The position numbers and the translations under genes are program-made. Below, one piece after another: positions 1 to 7,786 of a stretch of 64,000 nucleotides of DNA. This DNA is from an uncultured SAR86 cluster bacterium (lineage in GTDB: Bacteria; Pseudomonadota; Gammaproteobacteria; Magnimaribacterales; D2472): contig CACECK010000003.1 of NCBI GenBank assembly GCA_902557965.1, forward strand, positions 13,326-77,325, in the 5' to 3' direction. Position 1 is the stretch's first letter. Each line of letters starts with the position of its first letter. A model generated the notes under the pieces. It was not told where the DNA came from, searched no databases, and saw nothing but the letters and a program-made list of their open reading frames with translations.

Positions 1-195
1 ACGCTGCGAAATCATATAGCAGCCATATCTGAAAATGATTTTGAAGATTGCAATTTGAGTGTAGAAGCAGATGATTTTGATTTCAAAAAAGTTTTAGGAG
101 GAATTCAGAGTCCCGTAGGATCTATAGCAGACGGATCTATAAGTATAGAGGGAAGCAATACTGCCTTTTTAAACTTTTTATTAAAATTTAGATAA
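1..195 (+). CDS. 3' end of a gene entering the window; SCP2-like C-terminal domain, possibly alkyl/aryl sulfatase (SdsA-type)
   Basis: Frame 1 is open from base 1 to TAA at 193-195 (TLRNHIAAISENDFEDCNLSVEADDFDFKKVLGG...IADGSISIEGSNTAFLNFLLKFR). The LRN...DGSISIEG pattern resembles alkyl-sulfatase C-terminal domains. Partial. Confidence 0.5.
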   Translation, partial: TLRNHIAAISENDFEDCNLSVEADDFDFKKVLGGIQSPVGSIADGSISIEGSNTAFLNFLLKFR

Positions 196-1416
196 TTAAG
201 AATTTCCAGAAGGTATATCTTTATAAGCAACACCTTTATCAGCCCGAGGATCCTGGGGTAGCCCAAGAACTCTTTCAGCAATAATGTTTCTTAAAATCTC
301 ATCAGTTCCACCAGCTATTCTTAATCCAGGAGCACCTAACCAAGCATTTTGAAATCTTTTAATATCTGAGTTATCAGATTTCAACATACCTGTCATATCC
401 ATTGAATCAATTCCAAAGTTACCAATATCCTGAAGTTTTCCAGCACTAACAATTTTTGTTATTGATGCTTCTGGTCCTGGAGTATCACCCTTAGATAAAG
501 CTGACATTGTTCTTAGCTTTGTATTTTTTAGTCCATTTGCTTCACAATACCAATCCGCAATAGATTCTCTTACAGCTTTATTATTTAAAAGAGGCTCACC
601 TAAACTATCTTGAGTTTTAGCCCACTTAAAAGCATCTTCAACATCACAACCATCAGCATCACCAACAGCCAACCTCTCATTCATAAGTGTGGTAATTGCA
701 ACTTTCCAGCCATCACCAATTTCACCCAGTCTTTGTGAATCAGGAATCTCGACATCAGTAAAGTAGACCTCATTGAAACTTGAACCACCAGTTATTTGTT
801 TTATTGGTTTAACCTCAATACCTGGAGACTTCATATCAACAAAAAAGAATGTTAAACCTTTGTGTTTCTCTAAGTTTGGATCATGTCTTACAACCAATAT
901 CCCAAAGTCGGAAAAATGGGCGCCTGAAGTCCAAACTTTTTGACCATTTATTATCCATTTATCTCCATCTTGTACCGCCTTACTTCTCAAACCCGCAACA
1001 TCTGAACCCGCTGAAGGCTCTGAGAATAATTGACACCATATTTCTTTACCCTCTGCCATAGGAGGCAAGTATCTTTCTTTTTGTTCATCAGATGCATATT
1101 GCATCATCACAGGCCCACACATTCCTAAACCAATTTCAAAAATTCCTTTAGGAACGTCAAATTTTGATTCTTCGTTACCCCAAATAATTCTTTCTATTGG
1201 CGAAGCGCCGATTCCACCGTACTCTTTAGGCCAATGTAACATAGCCCATCCAGCATCATATTTCTTTTTTTGCCATGCTTTTGCTTCTTTAATAATATCT
1301 TTATTTGCAAAAGTTGATTCTGATGGAGAAGCATCTTTAAGGGCAGCATTATTTTCTAACCACTCACGACATGTTTTTCTAAATTTAGCTTGTTCAGGGG
1401 TATCTTTAAAATCCAT
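196..1416 (-). CDS. Acyl-CoA dehydrogenase, catalytic subunit of a probable heteromeric FadE-type pair
   Basis: WCQLFSEPSAGSD, NGQKVWTS, FNEVYF, TLMNER and RIAGGTDEILRNIIAERVLGLP motifs. Confidence 0.93.
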   Translation of the reverse strand: MDFKDTPEQAKFRKTCREWLENNAALKDASPSESTFANKDIIKEAKAWQKKKYDAGWAMLHWPKEYGGIGASPIERIIWGNEESKFDVPKGIFEIGLGMCGPVMMQYASDEQKERYLPPMAEGKEIWCQLFSEPSAGSDVAGLRSKAVQDGDKWIINGQKVWTSGAHFSDFGILVVRHDPNLEKHKGLTFFFVDMKSPGIEVKPIKQITGGSSFNEVYFTDVEIPDSQRLGEIGDGWKVAITTLMNERLAVGDADGCDVEDAFKWAKTQDSLGEPLLNNKAVRESIADWYCEANGLKNTKLRTMSALSKGDTPGPEASITKIVSAGKLQDIGNFGIDSMDMTGMLKSDNSDIKRFQNAWLGAPGLRIAGGTDEILRNIIAERVLGLPQDPRADKGVAYKDIPSGNS

Positions 1417-1424
1417 AATTTTTC

Positions 1425-2537
1425 CTAATTAATATTTGATTGTTCGAGGCTTGTTACTAATTTTTCTCTCCAATTACTTAGAGATCCAATATTTAAAGAC
1501 AATAATTTTGAGCGCCTATAGTACATATGACAATCATATTCCCATGTAAAACCATTGCCTCCATGAGTTTGTATATTTTCTTTAGAGCATAGCTGATATG
1601 CCTTAGTTGCACTTACGCGAGCAGTCGCAGAGGCTGATGGTAAGTCAGAAGAATTTGTTGATAAAGCCCAAGCAGCATAGTAGCAATTTGATTTTGCAAG
1701 TGTCAGGGCAATATACATATCCGCTAGCTTATGTTTAATAGCTTGAAATGATCCAATTTGTCTTCCAAATGCATATCTTTCTTTCGCATAGCTAATTGCC
1801 ATATCTAAAGCAGCCTGTGATCCACCAATCTGTTCATAACCAAACAAAACTGCGGCTTGATTGATAATGTATTCATATAATTCCCATCCAGTAGAATTGT
1901 CACCTATCAATTTGCTTTCCACGTCTTTAAAAGTAATTGAAAAATATCCACGACTTTCATCAATATTTTCTTGTTTTTCAATATTTACACCATTTGCTGA
2001 AAGATCAACAAGTTGCAGTGACGCACCCGAATCAGTTTTTGCCACAACAATAGCATGAGTAGCAATTTCAGCATCTGGAACTGCAATTTTTGTTCCATTA
2101 ATCTTTCCTTCGCTGAAAGTTAGGTTAATATTTTCTGCTGATGGAGCTTTTAATTCCTCTGCAACAGCGAGAGTACCAACAATTTCACCGCTAACTAGCT
2201 TTGGAAGTATCTCTTTTTTAATTGAATCATCAGCATAATTAATTATTGCCTCAGTAAATAAATATACTGAAGAAGAGAAGGGCACTGGAGCTAAATATCT
2301 ACCAAGCTCTTCAGCAATTACACATAATTCTAAATGTCCAAGACCAAGGCCATCATATTCTTCGGGTATTCGGATTCCTGTCCATCCTAGGCCAACTATC
2401 TTATTCCATAAATCAATATCAATATTTTCATCATGTTCAAGGACCGATCTATTTCTATTTACAGATTGTTCTTTTTCAAGAAATTTTTTTGCTTCCTCTT
2501 GAAGAAATTTTTGATCATCGGAAAAATCTAAATTCAT
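1425..2537 (-). CDS. Acyl-CoA dehydrogenase-family protein, partner subunit
   Basis: YAKERYAFGRQIGSFQAIKHKLADM and IQTHGGNGFTWEYDCHMYYRR; ends 8 nt before the paralog starts. Confidence 0.92.
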   Translation of the reverse strand: MNLDFSDDQKFLQEEAKKFLEKEQSVNRNRSVLEHDENIDIDLWNKIVGLGWTGIRIPEEYDGLGLGHLELCVIAEELGRYLAPVPFSSSVYLFTEAIINYADDSIKKEILPKLVSGEIVGTLAVAEELKAPSAENINLTFSEGKINGTKIAVPDAEIATHAIVVAKTDSGASLQLVDLSANGVNIEKQENIDESRGYFSITFKDVESKLIGDNSTGWELYEYIINQAAVLFGYEQIGGSQAALDMAISYAKERYAFGRQIGSFQAIKHKLADMYIALTLAKSNCYYAAWALSTNSSDLPSASATARVSATKAYQLCSKENIQTHGGNGFTWEYDCHMYYRRSKLLSLNIGSLSNWREKLVTSLEQSNIN

Positions 2538-2612
2538 AAATACGCCTATAAGTTAAGGTAAAATAGATATTTATTATATGCTAAATTAAAATAATTTTTA
2601 ATTACTGAAAGC

Positions 2613-3257
2613 TTGAAAATGAAAATAGATAAAAAAATACCAACATATCTTCAAAGAGCAAATAAAGGAGGACTTTTTATAGGGTTCATCTATGTTTTGG
2701 TATTCATGAGTATTTTGTTCTTATGGATTTGGCAGACTTTTGAATCTGAAGATAATAAGTCATCCATGAACCTCATGGATGAGAGGCTTGCAATAATCGA
2801 AGAACAAATAAATATTGTTGACGAAACAAACAACGATACCATTACAGACATTTCATCATCAATTCAGTTTTTGGATAAAGAAATTAGGAAACTCTGGGAT
2901 CTGAGTAACAAGAGAAATAAAGTAAACATTCAAAAACTTTCTGAACAAACCATTAAAATTGAACAACTTCTAAAATCTTTAGAAGATGAAGTTAGCAATA
3001 ATCAGTCAACTATAACAAACATGAGAGATTCAATAGATCAAAACATTTCTAACATACAAGAATTGGGTATATCTGCTGATGATTTGAGTATTATTAGGTT
3101 GAATCTTAGCTCTATTGATACTCAGCTGATGTTATTAGATGATACCGTGCAGGCATTAAATAGCTACAAAAATCAGCTTAATCAAACAATTCTTGAAATT
3201 CAAACTCAAATAAATACTACTCAGAGTCAAAGAATATCAGATGAAGAGGAAAATTGA
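2613..3257 (+). CDS. Membrane-anchored coiled-coil hypothetical protein
   Basis: One N-terminal TM helix followed by heptad-rich helix (EIRKLWDLSNKRNK); start could be ATG 2619. Confidence 0.7.
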   Translation: MKMKIDKKIPTYLQRANKGGLFIGFIYVLVFMSILFLWIWQTFESEDNKSSMNLMDERLAIIEEQINIVDETNNDTITDISSSIQFLDKEIRKLWDLSNKRNKVNIQKLSEQTIKIEQLLKSLEDEVSNNQSTITNMRDSIDQNISNIQELGISADDLSIIRLNLSSIDTQLMLLDDTVQALNSYKNQLNQTILEIQTQINTTQSQRISDEEEN

Positions 3258-3287
3258 TATTAACCATATATAATAATTAATTAACAT

Positions 3288-3500
3288 ATGAATAAGTTTG
3301 TTTTACAGTTATTTCTTTTTTTAGCATTTATACCACTAGCAATTTTGATTGGATATGGAGTTCTTGTAGTTGCTCCAATTTTTTGTTGTTTTCTTGCAAT
3401 TAATTCCTATAAATTTAACAATTACAAGGAAATGTATATTTGGATGGCCTTTGGAGGGCTTTCATTTATGCTTGCACTATACATGTTGGGAGTTATATGA
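3288..3500 (+). CDS. Small hydrophobic membrane protein
   Basis: 70 aa, 2-3 TM segments; its TGA overlaps the next ATG (ATGA at 3497-3500). Confidence 0.7.
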   Translation: MNKFVLQLFLFLAFIPLAILIGYGVLVVAPIFCCFLAINSYKFNNYKEMYIWMAFGGLSFMLALYMLGVI

Positions 3501-3892
3501 CCAAAGTTTTTAAAGGATACTTGTTGATTGTTGGCTCCATTTCTATTGTCATGGGTCTCTTAGGTATGTTTTTGCCTGATTTAGGTTGGTATCCTTCATT
3601 TGCAGATATTGAAAGAGGAACCTCTTTAGCAAACTTTATAAGAACAATGTCAGGAGTTTTTGTTGCCTCAGGTTATATTCTAATAAGGTTTATTTTTTCT
3701 TCTTCAAAAGTACAGCTTGGACATGTCTTGATATATTTAGTTGCATTTATGTTACTTGGTAAAATTTCTGGACTGTTTTATGAGGGCTTCCACTTTCACG
3801 ATATTCTTACATCAACGCTGGGTTTTATTGCTCTAATTGGGTTGATTGTTGTTCATAGACATAGAAAAAATTTACTTAACTACGATCTTTAA
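3497..3892 (+). CDS. DUF4345-like 4-TM membrane protein
   Basis: Start moved to ATG 3497 (ATGA overlap); N..R..SG.F and GK.SGL..EG pattern. Confidence 0.65.
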   Translation: MTKVFKGYLLIVGSISIVMGLLGMFLPDLGWYPSFADIERGTSLANFIRTMSGVFVASGYILIRFIFSSSKVQLGHVLIYLVAFMLLGKISGLFYEGFHFHDILTSTLGFIALIGLIVVHRHRKNLLNYDL

Positions 3893-3938
3893 AAAAACTT
3901 CCACTTAAACCATATATCTATATATAATGCCTAAGCCT

Positions 3939-4023
3939 GGGGATGTGGTGGAACTGGTAGACACGCTTGGCTTAGAACCAAGTGCCGCAAGGCGTGGGGG
4001 TTCGACTCCCTCCATCCCTACCA
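3939..4023 (+). tRNA. tRNA-Leu(TAG)
   Basis: GGGGATG/CATCCCT acceptor stem, anticodon arm CTTGG-CT-TAG-AA-CCAAG, long variable arm, GTTCGAC T-loop, encoded CCA. Confidence 0.97.
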
Positions 4024-4043
4024 AGTAATATATAATTTTAAAT

Positions 4044-4541
4044 ATGGAAATTGATTTTAGAGCTTTACAAGTAATTGCTGAAGTTGCTCTTGGTATTGTA
4101 GGTTTCTCCGCAATATTAATTGCTTTAAGTAGGGCAAAAGATGGTTTCAGCGCGCCTGATAATTTTAGGGTTCAACTCCTTACATATTCAGCTTTTGGTG
4201 CCATGTTTTGTGCGTTAATTCCATTTGCAATATTTAATAGTGAAAATTCTACAAGTAGCTGGTTGATAATTAGCTTTCTTCTTTGTATTTATTCTGTAAT
4301 AGGCTTATCTATTTTTCCAAGAAGAGTTGCAAGCTTAAGAAGGGATGGGTTCAAGAATTTATTTCCTTTAAAGATCGTTTTTTTACAGATGGGCATGCTA
4401 ATAATTATATTTATCTTATCTGGATTAATGATATTAGATGTAATCACTCAAAAAAATAATGTTTATTTACTTTGTTTAATACTATTTTTAATCCAAAGCA
4501 CGATAGCATTTATCAGAACAATGTTTGTAAGAGTACAATAA
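4044..4541 (+). CDS. Hypothetical membrane protein (about 5 TM)
   Basis: Hydrophobic 165-aa ORF with N-terminal IAEVALGIVGFSAI. Confidence 0.75.
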   Translation: MEIDFRALQVIAEVALGIVGFSAILIALSRAKDGFSAPDNFRVQLLTYSAFGAMFCALIPFAIFNSENSTSSWLIISFLLCIYSVIGLSIFPRRVASLRRDGFKNLFPLKIVFLQMGMLIIIFILSGLMILDVITQKNNVYLLCLILFLIQSTIAFIRTMFVRVQ

Positions 4542-4570
4542 GTAAAAAATTAGATTAGTTTTATAAAAAT

Positions 4571-4599
4571 CTAGCAATGCAGGTATTTTTGTATATACT
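4571..4599 (+). promoter_or_regulatory. Putative sigma70 promoter of the TonB-receptor leader
   Basis: TATACT at 4594-4599; weak -35 (CTAGCA) 17 nt upstream. Confidence 0.45.
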
Positions 4600-4607
4600 A
4601 ATGATGA

Positions 4608-4652
4608 ATGTTAAAAATTAATTTACATAAAAACCGGGAACTAGCTCAATAG
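4608..4652 (+). CDS. Putative attenuator leader peptide MLKINLHKNRELAQ (14 aa)
   Basis: ATG 8 nt after the -10 box; the stop TAG falls in the loop/start of segment 2 of the attenuator. Translation is inferred. Confidence 0.4.
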   Translation: MLKINLHKNRELAQ

Positions 4653-4702
4653 CTGGATCTTATTTTTATGAAATGGACCCAGCTGATGCTGGGTTTTTTT
4701 TT
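4636..4702 (+). promoter_or_regulatory. Transcription attenuator: mutually exclusive 1:2, 2:3 (antiterminator) and 3:4 (terminator) hairpins
   Basis: 1:2 = GGGAACTAGCT-CAAT-AGCTGGATCTT (4636-4661); 2:3 = AGCTGGATCT (4651-4660) with GGACCCAGCT (4675-4684); 3:4 = ACCCAGC-TGAT-GCTGGGT followed by T tract. Confidence 0.65.
4677..4702 (+). terminator. Intrinsic terminator immediately upstream of the TonB receptor SD
   Basis: 7-bp GC-rich stem, 4-nt loop, T9 at 4694-4702, then GAGGAG SD and ATG 4720. Confidence 0.85.
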
Positions 4703-4719
4703 ATAGAGGAGATATAAAA

Positions 4720-7098
4720 ATGAAGAATATGAAATCAATAATTTATTGTACATTTCTTGTAATACCTTTTTTTCTGATTTCGCAAGAAGTAGAAGAAGTA
4801 ATAGTTACGGCTAATAAAAAAGCTGAAACATTGCAGGAAATACCAATGAATATTTCTGTTATTACCGAAACTCAATTAGAAGAGAGAGGTATTACTAATC
4901 CTGAGGACTATTTGCGTTCACTTGCAGGAGTCTCGACTCCGGGTGGTTCAAATTACTATACTTTTAGGGGATTGAATACCTCTACCTCACAACGTTCTTC
5001 CGGAACATCATCAACCTACATTGATGAAATAGGAGGATCACTTATGAGTTTGTTTGATGTAGAAAGAATCGAAGTTCTTAGAGGTCCTCAAGGGACACTT
5101 TATGGTTCTAATGCTATCGGTGGAACAATAAGATATATAACGAACAAACCTGACTCAAGCTCATCTTATGGCAAGATAAGGGTTGGATATGGCAATAAAG
5201 TAAAAGCTGATGATCCTGAAACCAGTATTGAAATGATGTACAACGTTTCGCTTTCAGATAGTCTTGCCTTAAGAGCGGTTTATTCTCAATTAGTTTCACC
5301 TGGTATATATCAGAATATCCAAACTGGTAATACAGTTGGAGAAGAAGATGACTCACAGTTTATGGTCACATTAGGCTTTAATGATGGAGGCAAACTAACT
5401 GGAAGCTTAAGGTACGTTAATTTTAATAATAAAGCTTACGGAATTTTAGAACCTGGACAGAGTAAACCAGGCAGTGCTGACGTTTATGTTGCAGATTGTC
5501 CTCAAGCTTCAAGTTGGTGGTATAACTTTGATGGAGATCCAACTTGTTCTCGTTTAAGTGCAATATCAGGTTTTGCAGCTACTGAAGCTGATTATCCAAA
5601 CGGAAGCTCAGTGCTCACAAATTACGACCCTAAATATGCACATGCTTTAGCAGCAGATGAGTCAGAAGATATTACTAGAGAAACTCTTATAGCTAATATT
5701 AAATATGATTTTGGTGCTTTTGACGCAAACTTAATCATCTCAGATAGAACAGTAACAGATGATTCCGTAACTGATTGGGCTAGGATTGATATGGATGATT
5801 ATGTTCCTGCACCTCTTATAGTGGATGGTGATAAATATTATGAGGAAACAACAGAACTTAGACTAACATCAAAGCCAGGAAAATTTGAATGGACGATTGG
5901 GTATTACAATTACAAATTCAATGAACAGCCTAATTCAATTTCACAAACTCAATACGCAGTTAGTGCATATTGGCTTGATTATGTAACTGAAATTGCTGCT
6001 GGAGTTGATCCAGCTGTTTACGACGCTACAGCTTACTGTCCTCCATTTTGTGAGGATCATTTAGGTTACCCTAACTTGTATTATGCTTCTTATACCGAAT
6101 TTAACGAACAAGAAGAGACATCTTTGTATGGTCAGTTTGACTATAACGTCAATGATAAATTGACTCTAACTTTAGGTATTAGAGATTATGAAATTGATGA
6201 TGCATCAAAAACTTACCAATATGGTATTTTTTATATGGATAGTAATGGTTGTGATGGTAATGATCCAGCAGGTACTGATTGTGCTGAACTATCTGGTTCG
6301 GAATCTGATACTAGAATGAAATATGCTGTGAGCTATTTGGTTAACGAAGATTTAACCTTATATGCTACTCAGGCAGCAGGTTATAGACCTGGTGGAAATC
6401 AGGCACCACTTCCTCCATTTTGTAGTAGTGATGAAGCAGCACAAGCCAACTTTTCAAGAAGGTTTAATTCAGATGAAGCTGAAACTACCGAATTTGGTGT
6501 TAAAGCAAGAGGTGAAAACTATTCAGCTAATGTCACTTATTTTGATGTTGATTGGGATGGAATAATAATCCAAGTAACACCAGGATGTGGCTGGAGATAT
6601 AACTTTAATGGAGGTAAGGCTGAAACTTCTGGTTGGGAGGTAGACTTTACATATGCTGTTAATGACTCAATTTCCATAGATTTTGCAGGAAGTTCTATGA
6701 CTGCAGAAACTTCAATCGATATTGATTCTCTTGGAGCATCAGCAGGTGACAGATTGCCCAATACTGTTGAAACTCAATGGAATTTGGGTTTAGTTTATGA
6801 CACTACAATCATGTCATATCCATCTTACGCAAGACTTGATGTTAATTATTATGGAGATAGTTTTAATACTTTTGCTGAGAATCCAAATTCAAGCTCACCA
6901 GATTACACAAAGTTAAACTTTAATCTTGGAGTGGACTTGAATGAGAATTCCATACTACAACTATCTATTGATAACTTAACAGACGAGAGAACTGAAGCAT
7001 ATATATATGCTGTTGACGATACATCATGGAGGCCAAGAAACTGGATGCAGTGGATACCTCCTAGAACTGTTTCACTAAAATATTCATATAGTTTTTAA
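4720..7098 (+). CDS. TonB-dependent outer-membrane receptor
   Basis: Signal peptide, TonB box EEVIVTA, plug motif DVERIEVLRGPQGTLYGSNAIGGTI, C-terminal PRTVSLKYSYSF. Confidence 0.96.
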   Translation: MKNMKSIIYCTFLVIPFFLISQEVEEVIVTANKKAETLQEIPMNISVITETQLEERGITNPEDYLRSLAGVSTPGGSNYYTFRGLNTSTSQRSSGTSSTYIDEIGGSLMSLFDVERIEVLRGPQGTLYGSNAIGGTIRYITNKPDSSSSYGKIRVGYGNKVKADDPETSIEMMYNVSLSDSLALRAVYSQLVSPGIYQNIQTGNTVGEEDDSQFMVTLGFNDGGKLTGSLRYVNFNNKAYGILEPGQSKPGSADVYVADCPQASSWWYNFDGDPTCSRLSAISGFAATEADYPNGSSVLTNYDPKYAHALAADESEDITRETLIANIKYDFGAFDANLIISDRTVTDDSVTDWARIDMDDYVPAPLIVDGDKYYEETTELRLTSKPGKFEWTIGYYNYKFNEQPNSISQTQYAVSAYWLDYVTEIAAGVDPAVYDATAYCPPFCEDHLGYPNLYYASYTEFNEQEETSLYGQFDYNVNDKLTLTLGIRDYEIDDASKTYQYGIFYMDSNGCDGNDPAGTDCAELSGSESDTRMKYAVSYLVNEDLTLYATQAAGYRPGGNQAPLPPFCSSDEAAQANFSRRFNSDEAETTEFGVKARGENYSANVTYFDVDWDGIIIQVTPGCGWRYNFNGGKAETSGWEVDFTYAVNDSISIDFAGSSMTAETSIDIDSLGASAGDRLPNTVETQWNLGLVYDTTIMSYPSYARLDVNYYGDSFNTFAENPNSSSPDYTKLNFNLGVDLNENSILQLSIDNLTDERTEAYIYAVDDTSWRPRNWMQWIPPRTVSLKYSYSF

Positions 7099-7122
7099 GT
7101 CTTTATTTTTTTGATGTGATCA

Positions 7123-7147
7123 ATATGGGGAGTATGACTCCCCATAT
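7123..7147 (+). terminator. Strong hairpin after the TonB receptor (terminator or 3' stabiliser)
   Basis: ATATGGGGAGT-ATG-ACTCCCCATAT perfect 11-bp stem; no clear U tract. Confidence 0.65.
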
Positions 7148-7167
7148 CACTTCTATATAATGAGATT

Positions 7168-7785
7168 ATGAATAATGTAGCAATTTTTGGTAAAAAGGGA
7201 TCTATTGCAAAGTATGATTTAACAGAAAATAAACCAATATGGGTAGGCGATCTTCCAAGTGGACATACTCCTTACATTATTGGTCAATATGAAAATTACG
7301 TAATTGTATTTAGTTGGACTTGGCTTGGTTCTAAGATGGTTCATTGTTTTAGAGAAGATACCGGTCAACTTTTATGGTCACATTATCAAGAAATAATTCA
7401 CAGCTCTATGATTCCATTTGTGCCGCATACTTTAGATAATCACATGTACTATTTGGCATCATCTAAAGAAATAGCAAAAATGTCTTGGGATTCGGGAAGA
7501 TTTATTTTTAGAAAAAGGTTCAAAAAATCAATTTTTAATCAATATTCAGTTGTAATAATTTCTGATGAAGTTTTTTTAATATCAAAGAAGGATGCATTAA
7601 AAGTTGATAAAAATACCGGGGATGTTTCTCCTTACCCTGAATTATCAGACAAACTTAATCTAAAAGAGATATCTGCAACCCTTGGTAATGGAACCTCTTT
7701 CATGTCTTCAATATATTTAACTCATCCTCAATCCTCTGATGGTGGATCTTATGCAGGAGATGGAGGCGGTGGTGGCGGAGAGTGA
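7168..7785 (+). CDS. Hypothetical protein with PQQ-like beta-propeller blades and Gly-rich tail
   Basis: YDLTENKPIW, CFREDTGQLLW, SWDSGRFIF, VDKNTGDV blade motifs; ends DGGSYAGDGGGGGGE; no signal peptide. Confidence 0.6.
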   Translation: MNNVAIFGKKGSIAKYDLTENKPIWVGDLPSGHTPYIIGQYENYVIVFSWTWLGSKMVHCFREDTGQLLWSHYQEIIHSSMIPFVPHTLDNHMYYLASSKEIAKMSWDSGRFIFRKRFKKSIFNQYSVVIISDEVFLISKKDALKVDKNTGDVSPYPELSDKLNLKEISATLGNGTSFMSSIYLTHPQSSDGGSYAGDGGGGGGE

Positions 7786-7786
7786 T

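Noticed and set aside
4577-4621. Alternative leader ORF MQVFLYILMMNVKN* (and MNVKN*)
   Set aside because: The long form starts upstream of the predicted -10 box, and both stop before segment 1, so they fit the attenuator geometry worse than ATG 4608. Not fully excluded.
4630-4700. Cobalamin or TPP riboswitch upstream of the TonB receptor (contains CGGGAA)
   Set aside because: No B12-box or CCCGCAACTG-type core, no CTGAGA or TGATC TPP motifs, and the leader is too short. Kept as an unclassified attenuator instead.
7739-7786. 16-codon N-terminal extension of the P450 overlapping the upstream gene
   Set aside because: ATG 7787 has a proper SD and avoids a 47-nt overlap.
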